The notes under the pieces: generated by a model | Told to the model about the DNA's origin: nothing | The model's input: only the letters and a program-made list of their open reading frames with translations | The model's database searches: none | Shown here: positions 54,714 through 64,000 of the stretch, one piece after another | Numbering within the stretch: position 1 is the first letter of the stretch | How the letters are laid out: each line of letters begins with the position of its first letter | From: a virus | DNA length: 64,000 bases | IMG/VR virus record: IMGVR_UViG_3300043570_004127 | Span: 1-64,000 of that record | Direction: 5' to 3' (one strand) | Program-made: the position numbers and the translations under genes

Positions 54714-55598
54714 ATGACATTGGATTTTGAATACGAAGAGATTCATGACTTTATCTTTGTGTATAAAAACTTGCTTCCTAATCACGAAGAAATATACCGT
54801 TCGCTCAGGGAAAGCAAAGAAAGAAACTCTGACGCAAACTTCTATAGACAATGGACGCCTTGGTATACATTCGGCTTAATGGCATTAGTTCAAGACAGTA
54901 ATGGTGACCCTGAAGTCTCCAACTTTGAAAGACAGTGTTATCAAGAAGCCACGACCGCAATCCATGAGGCAATGCGGCACTACCAGCGAGTTAATGGAAT
55001 ATCAGACCCGAACACCGGAGAGGAACTTCCAGTACTCACTATGCCCGGCCCGTGCATCTACAGAGAACATTCATCTGATGGAAATAGCGACGACCCAAAG
55101 GCGATGAGTTACCACGTTGATTTCATACCGGAAACAGTGAATTTTCCCGGAGAAAAGTTCATGATTACATCATGCACTTATCCAAACGATGATTACGAGG
55201 GTGGCGAAATTGAGTTTTGGGCTGATGGGAAAGCAATAAAGTACAAACCGAATGCTGGAGAGATACTGGTATTCCCTTCCGGTAATCCGTTGTTTCCTGG
55301 CAATGGTCGTCCGTATTTTCACTCAGTTTGCCCAACTGGTGCTGGAGAAAAATGGTTGTTCCGAGCCTTCGGCAAGTATGTAGACCCACAAACTCCAGAA
55401 TGGGCGGCTGGTGTTGAGCAATACGGAGAAGAAGAGTGGAAGGCAAAGATGTCTGGTACTGATTTAGATAAAAAAGATGTTTACTCAAAGGCTGGACCGG
55501 CATTGATGATGTTCGAGCAAGGGGTACCGACCATTTCAAAAGAACTAGTCGCCGCGTATGGTGGGGTGCTCGCTAGTGAATACGGAGTTAGGGAATAG
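54714..55598 (+). CDS. 2OG-Fe(II) oxygenase (prolyl-4-hydroxylase-like)
   Basis: HVD, YPNDDYEGGEI, KP.AG..LVFPS, YFHSV. Confidence 0.8.
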   Translation: MTLDFEYEEIHDFIFVYKNLLPNHEEIYRSLRESKERNSDANFYRQWTPWYTFGLMALVQDSNGDPEVSNFERQCYQEATTAIHEAMRHYQRVNGISDPNTGEELPVLTMPGPCIYREHSSDGNSDDPKAMSYHVDFIPETVNFPGEKFMITSCTYPNDDYEGGEIEFWADGKAIKYKPNAGEILVFPSGNPLFPGNGRPYFHSVCPTGAGEKWLFRAFGKYVDPQTPEWAAGVEQYGEEEWKAKMSGTDLDKKDVYSKAGPALMMFEQGVPTISKELVAAYGGVLASEYGVRE

Positions 55599-55600
55599 CA

Positions 55601-56179
55601 ATGGATAAATACATGGGAGTAAGTGGACAGGAAAAATTTGCTCTAGAAATGAGTGGATATAAGACCGATGGGTTTTATGTCGAGCTCGGTGCGTACCACT
55701 CTAAAAATGGAAGCAATACATACCACCTAGAAACAGATTACGGTTGGTCTGGTGTCTCCTTTGAGATTGTCGATGAAAAACGAGACGAATTCGAATCGAA
55801 CAGAAAAAATCCATGCTTTGGAGATGCTCTGGAATTCGACTATTTGTCCTACTTCAAGGAAAATAACTTCCCTAAACAGATTGATTACCTGCAGGTTGAT
55901 ATTGATGCCGGCTACGACGAGAATATAAAACCACTAACCCCATTTACAACTCTTCTTGGGCTAATTACCCTCCCGTTGACCCAATATCGATTCAATGTAA
56001 TCGTGTTTGAACATGATGTGAATATGTACTGGAGAATGAAATCATCCAGGGATGCACAAAGAGAGATACTTGATGGCCTCGGCTATACCTTGATTTGGAA
56101 GGAAGAGCACGAAGACTGGTGGGTTGACTGCAACGCAATCGACCATCAGGTTGCAAGACAGTATTTCTACGAAAACTAA
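55601..56179 (+). CDS. FkbM-like methyltransferase
   Basis: GFYVELGA...SNTY.LE..YGWSG, IDYLQVDID, FEHD, EDWWV. Confidence 0.75.
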   Translation: MDKYMGVSGQEKFALEMSGYKTDGFYVELGAYHSKNGSNTYHLETDYGWSGVSFEIVDEKRDEFESNRKNPCFGDALEFDYLSYFKENNFPKQIDYLQVDIDAGYDENIKPLTPFTTLLGLITLPLTQYRFNVIVFEHDVNMYWRMKSSRDAQREILDGLGYTLIWKEEHEDWWVDCNAIDHQVARQYFYEN

Positions 56180-56183
56180 GCCG

Positions 56184-56816
56184 ATGTTTGAAACCATTAT
56201 CTGTACGGAATTCATAGACACCGGAACCCTCGCCAAACTTAGGGAATACTGCGACAAGTCTGAGTTCTATATAAATGAATCGTACGGCGGTATCCAAGAT
56301 ATTGGGGCATCGGAAACAAACGGAATAACCGACAAACAGATTGAAGAATTGGGTCTTACTGCGGTTCCTGGTGAGGTGTTGCGCTCTCACCGTTTTACGG
56401 ACATGTCCGATGAGATAAAAACAATCTCCGTCGAAATCAATCAGATGTGCGAAGGGTTTATCCACGACAAATACAGCAAAAAGATGGCGTATATGCAGGG
56501 CGGGGATTTTGTGAGGTACGGGATTGGACAGTCTCTCCCATACCATCAGGATTGGACCGTTTCCGAATGGGTGATAAAGCACAACTTGCCGGTAGTTCAT
56601 CTGTCGTCTGTCTTTTACATGAATGACGACTATTCCGGCGGGGAGTTGCTTTTTTCTTCAAAAAAACTTAATAACTATGAACACGACATTATGTCCATTA
56701 AGCCAAAAGCCGGCACAGTGATATTTTTTGATGCTCTCCAGTGGCATGCATCATCCCCATTGATTGGTGGACTCAAGTACGCGAGCACCAATTTCTACAC
56801 CTTAGAAGACGTGTAG
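56184..56816 (+). CDS. 2OG-Fe(II) oxygenase
   Basis: HQD, YMNDDYSGGEL, KPKAG..IFF, WH, GLKY. Confidence 0.82.
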   Translation: MFETIICTEFIDTGTLAKLREYCDKSEFYINESYGGIQDIGASETNGITDKQIEELGLTAVPGEVLRSHRFTDMSDEIKTISVEINQMCEGFIHDKYSKKMAYMQGGDFVRYGIGQSLPYHQDWTVSEWVIKHNLPVVHLSSVFYMNDDYSGGELLFSSKKLNNYEHDIMSIKPKAGTVIFFDALQWHASSPLIGGLKYASTNFYTLEDV

Positions 56817-56838
56817 TTACTGTTATTATTGTTGGACT

Positions 56839-57948
56839 ATGACGGTCACGCGCGAAACATACAAAGAGTTTATTGGCCGGGTTAACTACGGCGATATTGA
56901 GCCAATTATTAGTGCCCCTGATATTGACTTTGAGGCCGTCGACCACGTCGTAAAGAATGACAGTGACGTGATATTTACCTGGGATTACACCCTTGCTCGC
57001 CCACAACTTCGCAAGCTTTACGAGAAAGCAAAGAACAATCAATGGAATGGTGAAACAGCCCTTAATTGGTCTACTGAGGTTGATGTCGAGCGTTCTGTTA
57101 TGGAGGATTACGCCAACTTTGGTTCAACTCGGGAGATGTCGGTGTACGAAGGCAGCCCTATCGAGTATTGGGGGGACAAAGAATGGCTTGAGTTTGGTGT
57201 TAATAGTCGACGTTGGCTTATCTCTCAGTTCATTCATGGGGAGCAGGCTGCGCTGATGTGTTCGGCGAAACTTACCCAGACATGTCCTTGGTACGACGGG
57301 AAACTTTATGCCTCAACGCAGGTTGTAGATGAAGCCCGACATGTTGAGGTTTTTGCGAAATATGCCAATGAGAAGCTTGGTGGAACATTGCCGTTTAACT
57401 GGCATATTCAAAGCTTGGTTGACGACACAATTGAAGAGAACCGCTGGGACATGACCTATCTCGGTATGCAGATAATGGTTGAAGGTCTTGGTCTTGCTTC
57501 GATGGCGTATATGCGCGAACTAACAAGTGAGCCGTTGTTGAAGCAATTACTTCGCAATGTCATGACCGATGAGGCACGCCACATATCCTTCGGGATAATT
57601 TCTCTCAAAGAAATTTATGCGGAAATGAGCGATACTGAAATTATGGAGCGTCAGCAATTCGCGTACGAGGCAAGCATCAAACTTGGCGAGCGGATGCTTC
57701 AGCAAGAGGTCTACGAAAAGATGGGTGTAAAAACTAAAGACATTGCGCCATATCTGATGAGAGACCCAGCCCAGGCTTGGATACGCAAAATGTTGGCAGC
57801 TAAAATAGTCCCAAATCTTAGCAAGCTAGGTTTACTCGACAGGAATGGCGGATGGATGCGTCGCAAATTCGAGGAAATGGGAACAATCGAGTTTGAAAAT
57901 CTTGGCGAATCAGACGAGGAATTTGCAGAATTCATTCATAGTTACTAA
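56839..57948 (+). CDS. Ferritin-like diiron oxygenase (AurF-like)
   Basis: HGEQ, DEARH twice, VEG carboxylate ligands. Confidence 0.8.
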   Translation: MTVTRETYKEFIGRVNYGDIEPIISAPDIDFEAVDHVVKNDSDVIFTWDYTLARPQLRKLYEKAKNNQWNGETALNWSTEVDVERSVMEDYANFGSTREMSVYEGSPIEYWGDKEWLEFGVNSRRWLISQFIHGEQAALMCSAKLTQTCPWYDGKLYASTQVVDEARHVEVFAKYANEKLGGTLPFNWHIQSLVDDTIEENRWDMTYLGMQIMVEGLGLASMAYMRELTSEPLLKQLLRNVMTDEARHISFGIISLKEIYAEMSDTEIMERQQFAYEASIKLGERMLQQEVYEKMGVKTKDIAPYLMRDPAQAWIRKMLAAKIVPNLSKLGLLDRNGGWMRRKFEEMGTIEFENLGESDEEFAEFIHSY

Positions 57949-57954
57949 ACAATA

Positions 57955-58602
57955 ATGAAAACTCCAGATGACTACTCCATAAATACGGCTTACTCGTATT
58001 CGGACAGCAGTGAACTTGCAGATTATTATGATGACTCAGCCAATGGCTACGATGAGTACGCGGACTCCGTGGGGTACGTACTCCCACGCCTGGTAGCACA
58101 GAAGGCTTCCCAGTTCATAAATGGTGATGAAACGATAATCGACATTGGCTGTGGAACCGGGATACTAGGTGTAGAACTCAACTTGATAAGAGACGGATTG
58201 CGGATTGACGGTTTAGACATATCGCCCAAAATGATTGTTCAGGCATACGGGAAAAAGAAGCTTGATGGTAAGCGGAACTATGAAATGTTCCATTATTTAG
58301 ATTTAACATCAGAAGACATTTTCCCCGAAAATGAATACAACTTTATGGTGAGTTCTGGAACATTCACAACAGGTCACCTGGATGGGGTGCATCTGTCGAA
58401 AATGATTACTGCAATGAAGAGTGGTTCTATCGCTGTGTTTAGTGTTAAAAGCGACCACTTTGATATATCAGGGTTTATGGATAAATTGATTAATCTCGAA
58501 AATAACGGGTTGATTGAAATGCTGGAAATCGTGGAAGTCGATTCGTACGAAAACCACAATTACACGGCAATGTCCAAGATTGTGTCCATAAAAATAGCCT
58601 AA
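57955..58602 (+). CDS. Class I SAM-dependent methyltransferase
   Basis: YDDSA.GYD, IDIGCGTG, GLDISPKM, GTFT.GH. Confidence 0.85.
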   Translation: MKTPDDYSINTAYSYSDSSELADYYDDSANGYDEYADSVGYVLPRLVAQKASQFINGDETIIDIGCGTGILGVELNLIRDGLRIDGLDISPKMIVQAYGKKKLDGKRNYEMFHYLDLTSEDIFPENEYNFMVSSGTFTTGHLDGVHLSKMITAMKSGSIAVFSVKSDHFDISGFMDKLINLENNGLIEMLEIVEVDSYENHNYTAMSKIVSIKIA

Positions 58603-58703
58603 ATAGCAGATTTAAAAGCCGGTAAAAACGTTGGTTTTTTCTCAAAAATAGGTATGATTTGATTCATGGTTAGATTTACCCGAATACGCAGGGCGTAATG
58701 AAC

Positions 58704-58778
58704 GCCCCTGTATCGGCTCACTCTTATAAGGTGTTGAAACCGTAATGGTCCACGTTGGTTCAATTCCAACCAGGGGCA
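58704..58778 (+). ncRNA. D-armless tRNA-like RNA with apparent TAT anticodon
   Basis: GCCCCTG/CAGGGGC acceptor; GTTGG-TTCAATT-CCAAC T-arm; CACT-CT TAT AA-GGTG; no D-stem. Confidence 0.6.
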
Positions 58779-58859
58779 CGGTAGTGATTTTGGCGATGGG
58801 ACGATAGAGTCAAGTCGTTACCCACATACGCATAAATAAGTCTATCTACGGAGGTAAGT

Positions 58860-59207
58860 ATGGAACAAGGAAAAGAAGAATTGACTTTTGAGGAATGGGC
58901 TCGCATCGGTATCGATAACGGCTATTCATCTGGTGGTCCTGGTCGCGCAGAGATTGACGAACAATTAAAAGCGATGGAAGAAAATGCATTGCTTATGGAT
59001 GGATTCGATGAAGCCGTTATTGGTTTTTCAAGGCGTATTAACGAACCACTACTTGTTGTCTACTCGTGGCAGAAGATGATGGACACCCTCATCACTCGTG
59101 ATGGCATGGAATACGAAGAAGCGGAAGAGTACATCGAGTACAACTGCATTGGTGCTTGGGTTGGAGAACGAACCCCAATTATTGTTGTACCGTTTTCCGG
59201 TATTTAA
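58860..59207 (+). CDS. Conserved phage hypothetical protein
   Basis: DGFDEAVIG...VYS...EEAEEYIEYN..GAWVGE.TP. Confidence 0.75.
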   Translation: MEQGKEELTFEEWARIGIDNGYSSGGPGRAEIDEQLKAMEENALLMDGFDEAVIGFSRRINEPLLVVYSWQKMMDTLITRDGMEYEEAEEYIEYNCIGAWVGERTPIIVVPFSGI

Positions 59208-59428
59208 ATATCAAGCGCTTTGTTGTTGATTATGTCTGCTATTGATGGAGCACCGATTCTTTTCACTACAACATCACCGAGTCTCTGAGCCTTTAGGAGA
59301 CGAGTAAGTTCTGCAATCTCTGCTCTTAGTTTTTGTATTTCTTCATGGGTGGACATGAAGTGTGATTCCATTTTCTTTGTTATCTCATCAATGGAGTTGG
59401 ACGTGTCATCTTGGTCGTATTGTGCCAT
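59204..59428 (-). CDS. Small coiled-coil protein
   Basis: 74-aa ORF. Confidence 0.5.
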   Translation of the reverse strand: MAQYDQDDTSNSIDEITKKMESHFMSTHEEIQKLRAEIAELTRLLKAQRLGDVVVKRIGAPSIADIINNKALDI

Positions 59429-59453
59429 GAGTAAATCTTATCCCATATAAAGC

Positions 59454-59494
59454 AAAAACCCCACGCCCCCATTACTGGGAACGTGGGGTTTTTT
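59454..59494 (-). terminator. Intrinsic terminator after the capsid gene
   Basis: AAAAACCCCACG...CGTGGGGTTTTTT. Confidence 0.85.
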
Positions 59495-59506
59495 ACTTAG
59501 CTTGAA

Positions 59507-60868
59507 TTAAGCAGCTGGCTCGTTGTCGAAGTCAATCGTTACGAATGCTTCTGGACGCTTCACTGCAAGTGCAAGGCGCTGTTCTGCAAGAACAACGATT
59601 GCGTTGCGGACGAAGAAGTCTGAGTGCTGTTCGCTGATTCGAATCGAAGCTTGCTCACGGTCGTACAACTGTGCACCAGTACCGAAGGCACCGATTAGAG
59701 CTGTGCCGATTGGCATTGCTGGGGTATCTACTACCGGCATTCTCCAAACACGTGGCTCGCCACCTACTGCAACCGAAACTGCAATGAGGTACTGACCATT
59801 TGCGTCCTTGGTCAATTCGATGTCTTCCCAGTCTTGTGGGTGCAACACGACGCCAGTTGGCTCATAGTAAGCCAAGAATGCGAGGGTTGCTGCACGACGA
59901 ATTGAGTCTGCCTTGGTGTCAGGAACTGGTGTTGCTGCTCCCGATGACCATGCATAGCTCTGGATACCTGGTGTGTTCAAGACGCCCAAGAGGTTCTCGC
60001 CGGCACCGTCGCCATTGAGGATTTGGTTGTCTTCCAACAAACGAAGACCGTACATCAGTTCGTTGTCGATGATTGAGCGTAGTTGTGGCTCATCAGCAAG
60101 AACGTTTCTGTGTGCAGCTTCCCAGTGTGCCAACGTACGAACTGGAGCCTGCTCACCAACGAATGCGAAGGATGATTGTGGCTTCAAACCGAAGTTGGAA
60201 TTGTTGCCGAGACGCTCTGCAACTGTTGATGCACTGTTGGTGCCACCGCCGGCTACCGAAGTAAAGCCTAGTTGACGGAAGTACTCAATTACTGCAGCAG
60301 TTGTTGTGCGACTTGGGAACAAGTCACGAACACGCTTGGTGCGCATTGGTGGGGTCACCATTGGGTCACGCTGGATGCTACCGAATTGAGCATCTGCACC
60401 GCGGCCTAGTGTGCCAGTTGGTGATGCAGTGTAAATATCCTTAACCTGGATACCTGTCAACGAAGCCTTAACCTGCCATGGAGCTGGCATGTTTGCGCCG
60501 TTGCGACCACCCTGAAGTGCCTTGAATTCATTTGATTCGACAAACATCTGACCAATGGACTTGTAGCCCATGTCGTGTGCTTTTTCGGTGAGGTCACGCT
60601 CTGCTGCTGCGTAGGCGACAGCAACTGAATTGCCATCTTCCTTTTCGCCCCAGCTTGCGACGCTATTCATCTGCTCAAGACCCTCAATGAGGCTCTTGAT
60701 TTCACGAATGTCAGACATGTTCTTGTCGAACGCTGTCTTTTGGTCCGCGGATACAACGACAGTGCCGTCTTCTACCTTGAACGAGTCTGCGATGGTCTTG
60801 TTTTCAGCCATCTTGGTACGGAGTGCGCCTTGAAGTTCGCGTACTCTTGATTCATCATGCGATGCCAT
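59507..60868 (-). CDS. Major capsid protein, HK97 fold with N-terminal delta domain
   Basis: VRDLF, KPQS, VRTLAHW, L...ED.QILNGDG...L.G, HP.DW, FVRN....AEQRLALAVKRPEAF; SD AAGGAG. Confidence 0.93.
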   Translation of the reverse strand: MASHDESRVRELQGALRTKMAENKTIADSFKVEDGTVVVSADQKTAFDKNMSDIREIKSLIEGLEQMNSVASWGEKEDGNSVAVAYAAAERDLTEKAHDMGYKSIGQMFVESNEFKALQGGRNGANMPAPWQVKASLTGIQVKDIYTASPTGTLGRGADAQFGSIQRDPMVTPPMRTKRVRDLFPSRTTTAAVIEYFRQLGFTSVAGGGTNSASTVAERLGNNSNFGLKPQSSFAFVGEQAPVRTLAHWEAAHRNVLADEPQLRSIIDNELMYGLRLLEDNQILNGDGAGENLLGVLNTPGIQSYAWSSGAATPVPDTKADSIRRAATLAFLAYYEPTGVVLHPQDWEDIELTKDANGQYLIAVSVAVGGEPRVWRMPVVDTPAMPIGTALIGAFGTGAQLYDREQASIRISEQHSDFFVRNAIVVLAEQRLALAVKRPEAFVTIDFDNEPAA

Positions 60869-61013
60869 TTGATACTCTCCTTAAAGAGTTATTATTGTTG
60901 AGTTGATTTGACCAACACTGTGACTCAGGTGAGCACCCAGTCGTTATGTCTTGATACTAAATGTACCAAACCTTTATGATGTCTAGCGGAAGTATTGCTT
61001 TAAATCGAATAAA

Positions 61014-61208
61014 TTATGAAGGAAAGACTAAACCTTCACCATTTTCTAAAATCTGCTTGACTTCTGCTTTGATGATACCAAAGTCGTGAATATTTTCTTC
61101 TGTTTCGTTGACGCCTACTTCTTTTAATGAAAATCCGCGCATTGCAGCAATGTACATTGCTTCAACATCTCCTATTTGTTCCGCTTTTAAAACAACTTCA
61201 TCGTTCAT
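61014..61208 (-). CDS. Small hypothetical protein
   Basis: Coupled to the polyvalent protein. Confidence 0.5.
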   Translation of the reverse strand: MNDEVVLKAEQIGDVEAMYIAAMRGFSLKEVGVNETEENIHDFGIIKAEVKQILENGEGLVFPS

Positions 61209-64000
61209 GTATTACAACCCCGTTCAGCATTGACGCTTTTATTGTTTTCCCGACTATTCGAGCGAGTCTATTCCCGGAAACACTATCAAACATCGCTGTC
61301 TTCTCTTCGGTATCTCCACCCTCTGGGATGTATCCATATTGGTCAACGAAATCCATCGCTACATCAATAACTGAAAACGGAAGATTTAGAGCATTTGCAA
61401 TTTCTACTACAGTTTCTCCAGCTTGCAGCATTTCGGTCAACTGTTGACGCTTGCTTGGTGACAGATTTTCAAGCTTCTCTATTGAACGAATCTGGCCTAA
61501 TGGCTGGGTATGTTCTGGTTTCTGCTTTGCTGTCCATATCACTAAGTCCATTGGAACGCGTTCCGTCATGTCGTCAAGTGAAACGCCGGGTTTTTTAGCT
61601 ACGAAATCCCTAAGGACAGCCTTGTCTGGTGTGCTTAGATTTCTGAACTGGTTCATCGCCTGACTGTCGCTTAGTGATTCCTGTAGTCGTGGTTTTGAAC
61701 CTGGAAAGAGGGTCGGCTGGTATGCGGGTTGCGGCGCATACACAACGTCTGGAAGATTCGGGTCAATTTCATTCATTGTAATTGCGTCAAAAACCTGATG
61801 CTTTGATATTTTTTGTTTTTTTGCAATTTCTTCTACTGTTACGCCAGATTCATATTCTGCAATTATCTTACCCGCAAAAGAATTCTTTGAAACTTTTTTG
61901 GCATTCATTTTAAAATCTGGTTTTGACATGTCGACGGCTTGACCACTGTCATCGAACTTTCCGTGAGCGTATGCAAGTGAGTCAAGAATTTCAAGTTCTC
62001 CACCCTTTATTTTTCTTGCAAGAAGTTTCGGTTCTTGACCAGACGTAACGTTTGTATCCCAAAGATAGAATTCATCTGCGGACTTAGCAACGGTAGGCAT
62101 TATGTCGTAGTTTCGTCTATTTACCGCAGGGATGATATGACGCGGAAGTCTTCGAGGGTCACTTTTTTCCCGTTCATCTATTCTGCCTACGAGAACGTTT
62201 TCTGGAGAAACGTTGTAGTGAGCAATAATCTCATAACCCTTATCTCGTGCAGCTTTTAATGTTCCAAATCCGGAATTGAATTGACCAGTCGAGTCATAAA
62301 CAACATCGTGTCCATTCTCGAGACCAACTTTAAGTGCAACATCTGCCATTATTCTGGATTCTTCGTGTGATGCGTCTCCCCAGTTGGGGTTTCCGTTTCT
62401 ATGCATCTCGATAGCTTCGGGAATAAGAGTTTTCATTTCGTCTGCATCAATGTGTACTGCGGCATCAACGGAAGGTATGTCGTGTTTCCCACTCAAACGA
62501 AGAGTGGATTTACCTGAACCTGGAGGTCCACCAACTGATATGAACCTTTTTGGTTCACCATCTTTTCGTATTGCCGTAACGGCTTTCGAAAGTGCAACAG
62601 CTATCGGCTGATATAGGTCCCAGAACCTTTCTTCCTTAATCTTCGTTGTTCCGCCAAATGTCGCATCCAAGCCGACAAATGGCTCGTCTTTCTGCGCCAA
62701 GAATGTTCCTATTGTTGTCGCCGGCCTCAAACTTGTGTAGTTGCTCGGATTGTATGTCGTGAGCTTTCCTTTGAATCCAAGTCGTTTAGCTATGGAATCA
62801 TTCATCTTTGGAAGGTTTTTGGGAGTAAAAGGAACTGGGTTCGGCTTTGCTGGCTCATTTTTCGTAAATCGTTCGAAGAGACCCATGGCTCCAGTTATTT
62901 TTGGCATTCTTGACAGAACGACTTCTGATTCTCCGCGTCGCGTAAAGTAGGCGACTACGTCTTTCTTGTTTACTGTTGCTTCAGCGACTAATGGCTTTTC
63001 ATTGCCTCTTGCCAATCTACCCGAAAACCATGTCGCTTTGGCTTTGTCTGTCGTCCAGGAAAGTCCATTCTGATTTTTCCCTTTTATGTATCCACGATAA
63101 ATTTTAATCTTATCTGGGAGTGAATCTAGCTCGTCTAACTCATCTTTTTTCATCATGTTCGACTTGCCAGGACGCTTTGAAGAAAGAGCAGATTTCCACA
63201 AATCTTTGTTTTGCCAGATGTTTTCGGAATCGACCCATATGTCGGAAAGCAAAGACCAATAGTCTTTGTCGTCCATCTCGTCTTTGACATCCATAAAAGC
63301 ATCTAGTCGATATGGTCGTTCATGTAGGTATATGTACGAACTCCAATTTTTACTTTTCCGCGCTTCTCCAACTGCTTCAAGTTTCTGCCTGTATTGCTGG
63401 TTTATCATTCCTGGCATCATCGGACCAATCCACATAACTAGTGGATGGCGCACTATAGGCATCCCTATTTCATTATTGAATTCGACAAAGGATTCCAGGT
63501 CCTTATCCAGAGGTTCATTTGCGTCCCTCATTAAATCTTCGAGTGCTTTTCTTGTTGTATCGTCAGACATTCTGCCGGTTATTCCACGGCCCTTGAGGTT
63601 GATGCCAGAAAGGGCAGCATTATCAATCTCTTCATCAGTCCATCGTCGTGGTTTTGATTTAGCCGAGCGCTTCTCCCTATTTAGTTCAACAGGGGTCAAT
63701 TGTCGTACTTTCATTGAGCCAGTTATTGATTGACCTTCTGGAATACTGTTTTCAGGGAGACTTCTGACAAAACTATTAACAAAAGCTGCGCCCTCTTTGG
63801 AGTATCTCTGTTTATTAAGGTCGACCTTGTATCTGGATACGGCTTCCTTTAACAGCTCGGATGCGATTCCCGACCTTTTGCTTTTCGGGTCAATAAATAT
63901 ATTTACATTTCCCTTTTTTTCTGATGGACCACCAGGTTGTTCTGCCGGCATATTCTGTGGATAATGATTTAGAATCCCAAGAATTTTCCCGTTCTTATCT
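61198..64000 (-). CDS. Polyvalent protein: GNAT-like + R-S-E ADP-ribosyltransferase-like + zeta-toxin-like P-loop kinase + HTHs (5'-truncated)
   Basis: Frame is open to the window end. IFIDPKSKRSGIASELL; IYRG...GLSWTT...GESEVV; GGPPGSGKST, IDADEMK, HEES, VYDST. Confidence 0.8.
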   Translation of the reverse strand, partial: DKNGKILGILNHYPQNMPAEQPGGPSEKKGNVNIFIDPKSKRSGIASELLKEAVSRYKVDLNKQRYSKEGAAFVNSFVRSLPENSIPEGQSITGSMKVRQLTPVELNREKRSAKSKPRRWTDEEIDNAALSGINLKGRGITGRMSDDTTRKALEDLMRDANEPLDKDLESFVEFNNEIGMPIVRHPLVMWIGPMMPGMINQQYRQKLEAVGEARKSKNWSSYIYLHERPYRLDAFMDVKDEMDDKDYWSLLSDIWVDSENIWQNKDLWKSALSSKRPGKSNMMKKDELDELDSLPDKIKIYRGYIKGKNQNGLSWTTDKAKATWFSGRLARGNEKPLVAEATVNKKDVVAYFTRRGESEVVLSRMPKITGAMGLFERFTKNEPAKPNPVPFTPKNLPKMNDSIAKRLGFKGKLTTYNPSNYTSLRPATTIGTFLAQKDEPFVGLDATFGGTTKIKEERFWDLYQPIAVALSKAVTAIRKDGEPKRFISVGGPPGSGKSTLRLSGKHDIPSVDAAVHIDADEMKTLIPEAIEMHRNGNPNWGDASHEESRIMADVALKVGLENGHDVVYDSTGQFNSGFGTLKAARDKGYEIIAHYNVSPENVLVGRIDEREKSDPRRLPRHIIPAVNRRNYDIMPTVAKSADEFYLWDTNVTSGQEPKLLARKIKGGELEILDSLAYAHGKFDDSGQAVDMSKPDFKMNAKKVSKNSFAGKIIAEYESGVTVEEIAKKQKISKHQVFDAITMNEIDPNLPDVVYAPQPAYQPTLFPGSKPRLQESLSDSQAMNQFRNLSTPDKAVLRDFVAKKPGVSLDDMTERVPMDLVIWTAKQKPEHTQPLGQIRSIEKLENLSPSKRQQLTEMLQAGETVVEIANALNLPFSVIDVAMDFVDQYGYIPEGGDTEEKTAMFDSVSGNRLARIVGKTIKASMLNGVVIHER

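Noticed and set aside
58704-58778. tmRNA tRNA-like domain
   Set aside because: No G3:U70 alanine determinant and no room for a tag ORF or pseudoknots.

Overview
This is a 64-kb internal fragment of a large tailed dsDNA phage. It has an HK97-fold major capsid protein, an M15 endolysin, class II RNR, a primase-helicase, SSB, an SNF2 helicase and tRNAs. Two WhiB genes and an actinobacterial-type ferredoxin point to an Actinomycetota host (inference). Layout: membrane/lysis module (1-3.6 kb); metabolic genes, tRNAs and a proteasome-like peptidase (3.6-11.5 kb); a small replication operon behind a long non-coding leader (11.6-13.5 kb); a modular accessory region (14-31.7 kb); replication and nucleotide metabolism (31.8-47 kb); a modifying-enzyme island bracketed by two tRNA/tRNA-like genes that could both read AUA (51.9-58.8 kb); then the capsid gene and a large polyvalent protein running off the window end. 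The main unexplained signal is in 14-31.7 kb: 15 copies of a 30-bp bipartite repeat (TCWTMCRCCACCGTC-N7-TAGTGCTT), all on the + strand whatever the gene direction. They divide the region into mostly 0.7-1.1 kb self-contained modules. The modules reuse further parts: an AGYCCCG-N18-CGGGRCT inverted repeat, a CRP-like box 9-10 bp before a sigmaA -35, an ACCTACTA leader, tiny hydrophobic ORFs and terminators. Second highlight: a GNAT + ADP-ribosyltransferase + zeta-like kinase polyprotein with a repeated ITGxM motif between domains. All calls come from reading the sequence and recalling motifs; no searches were run.
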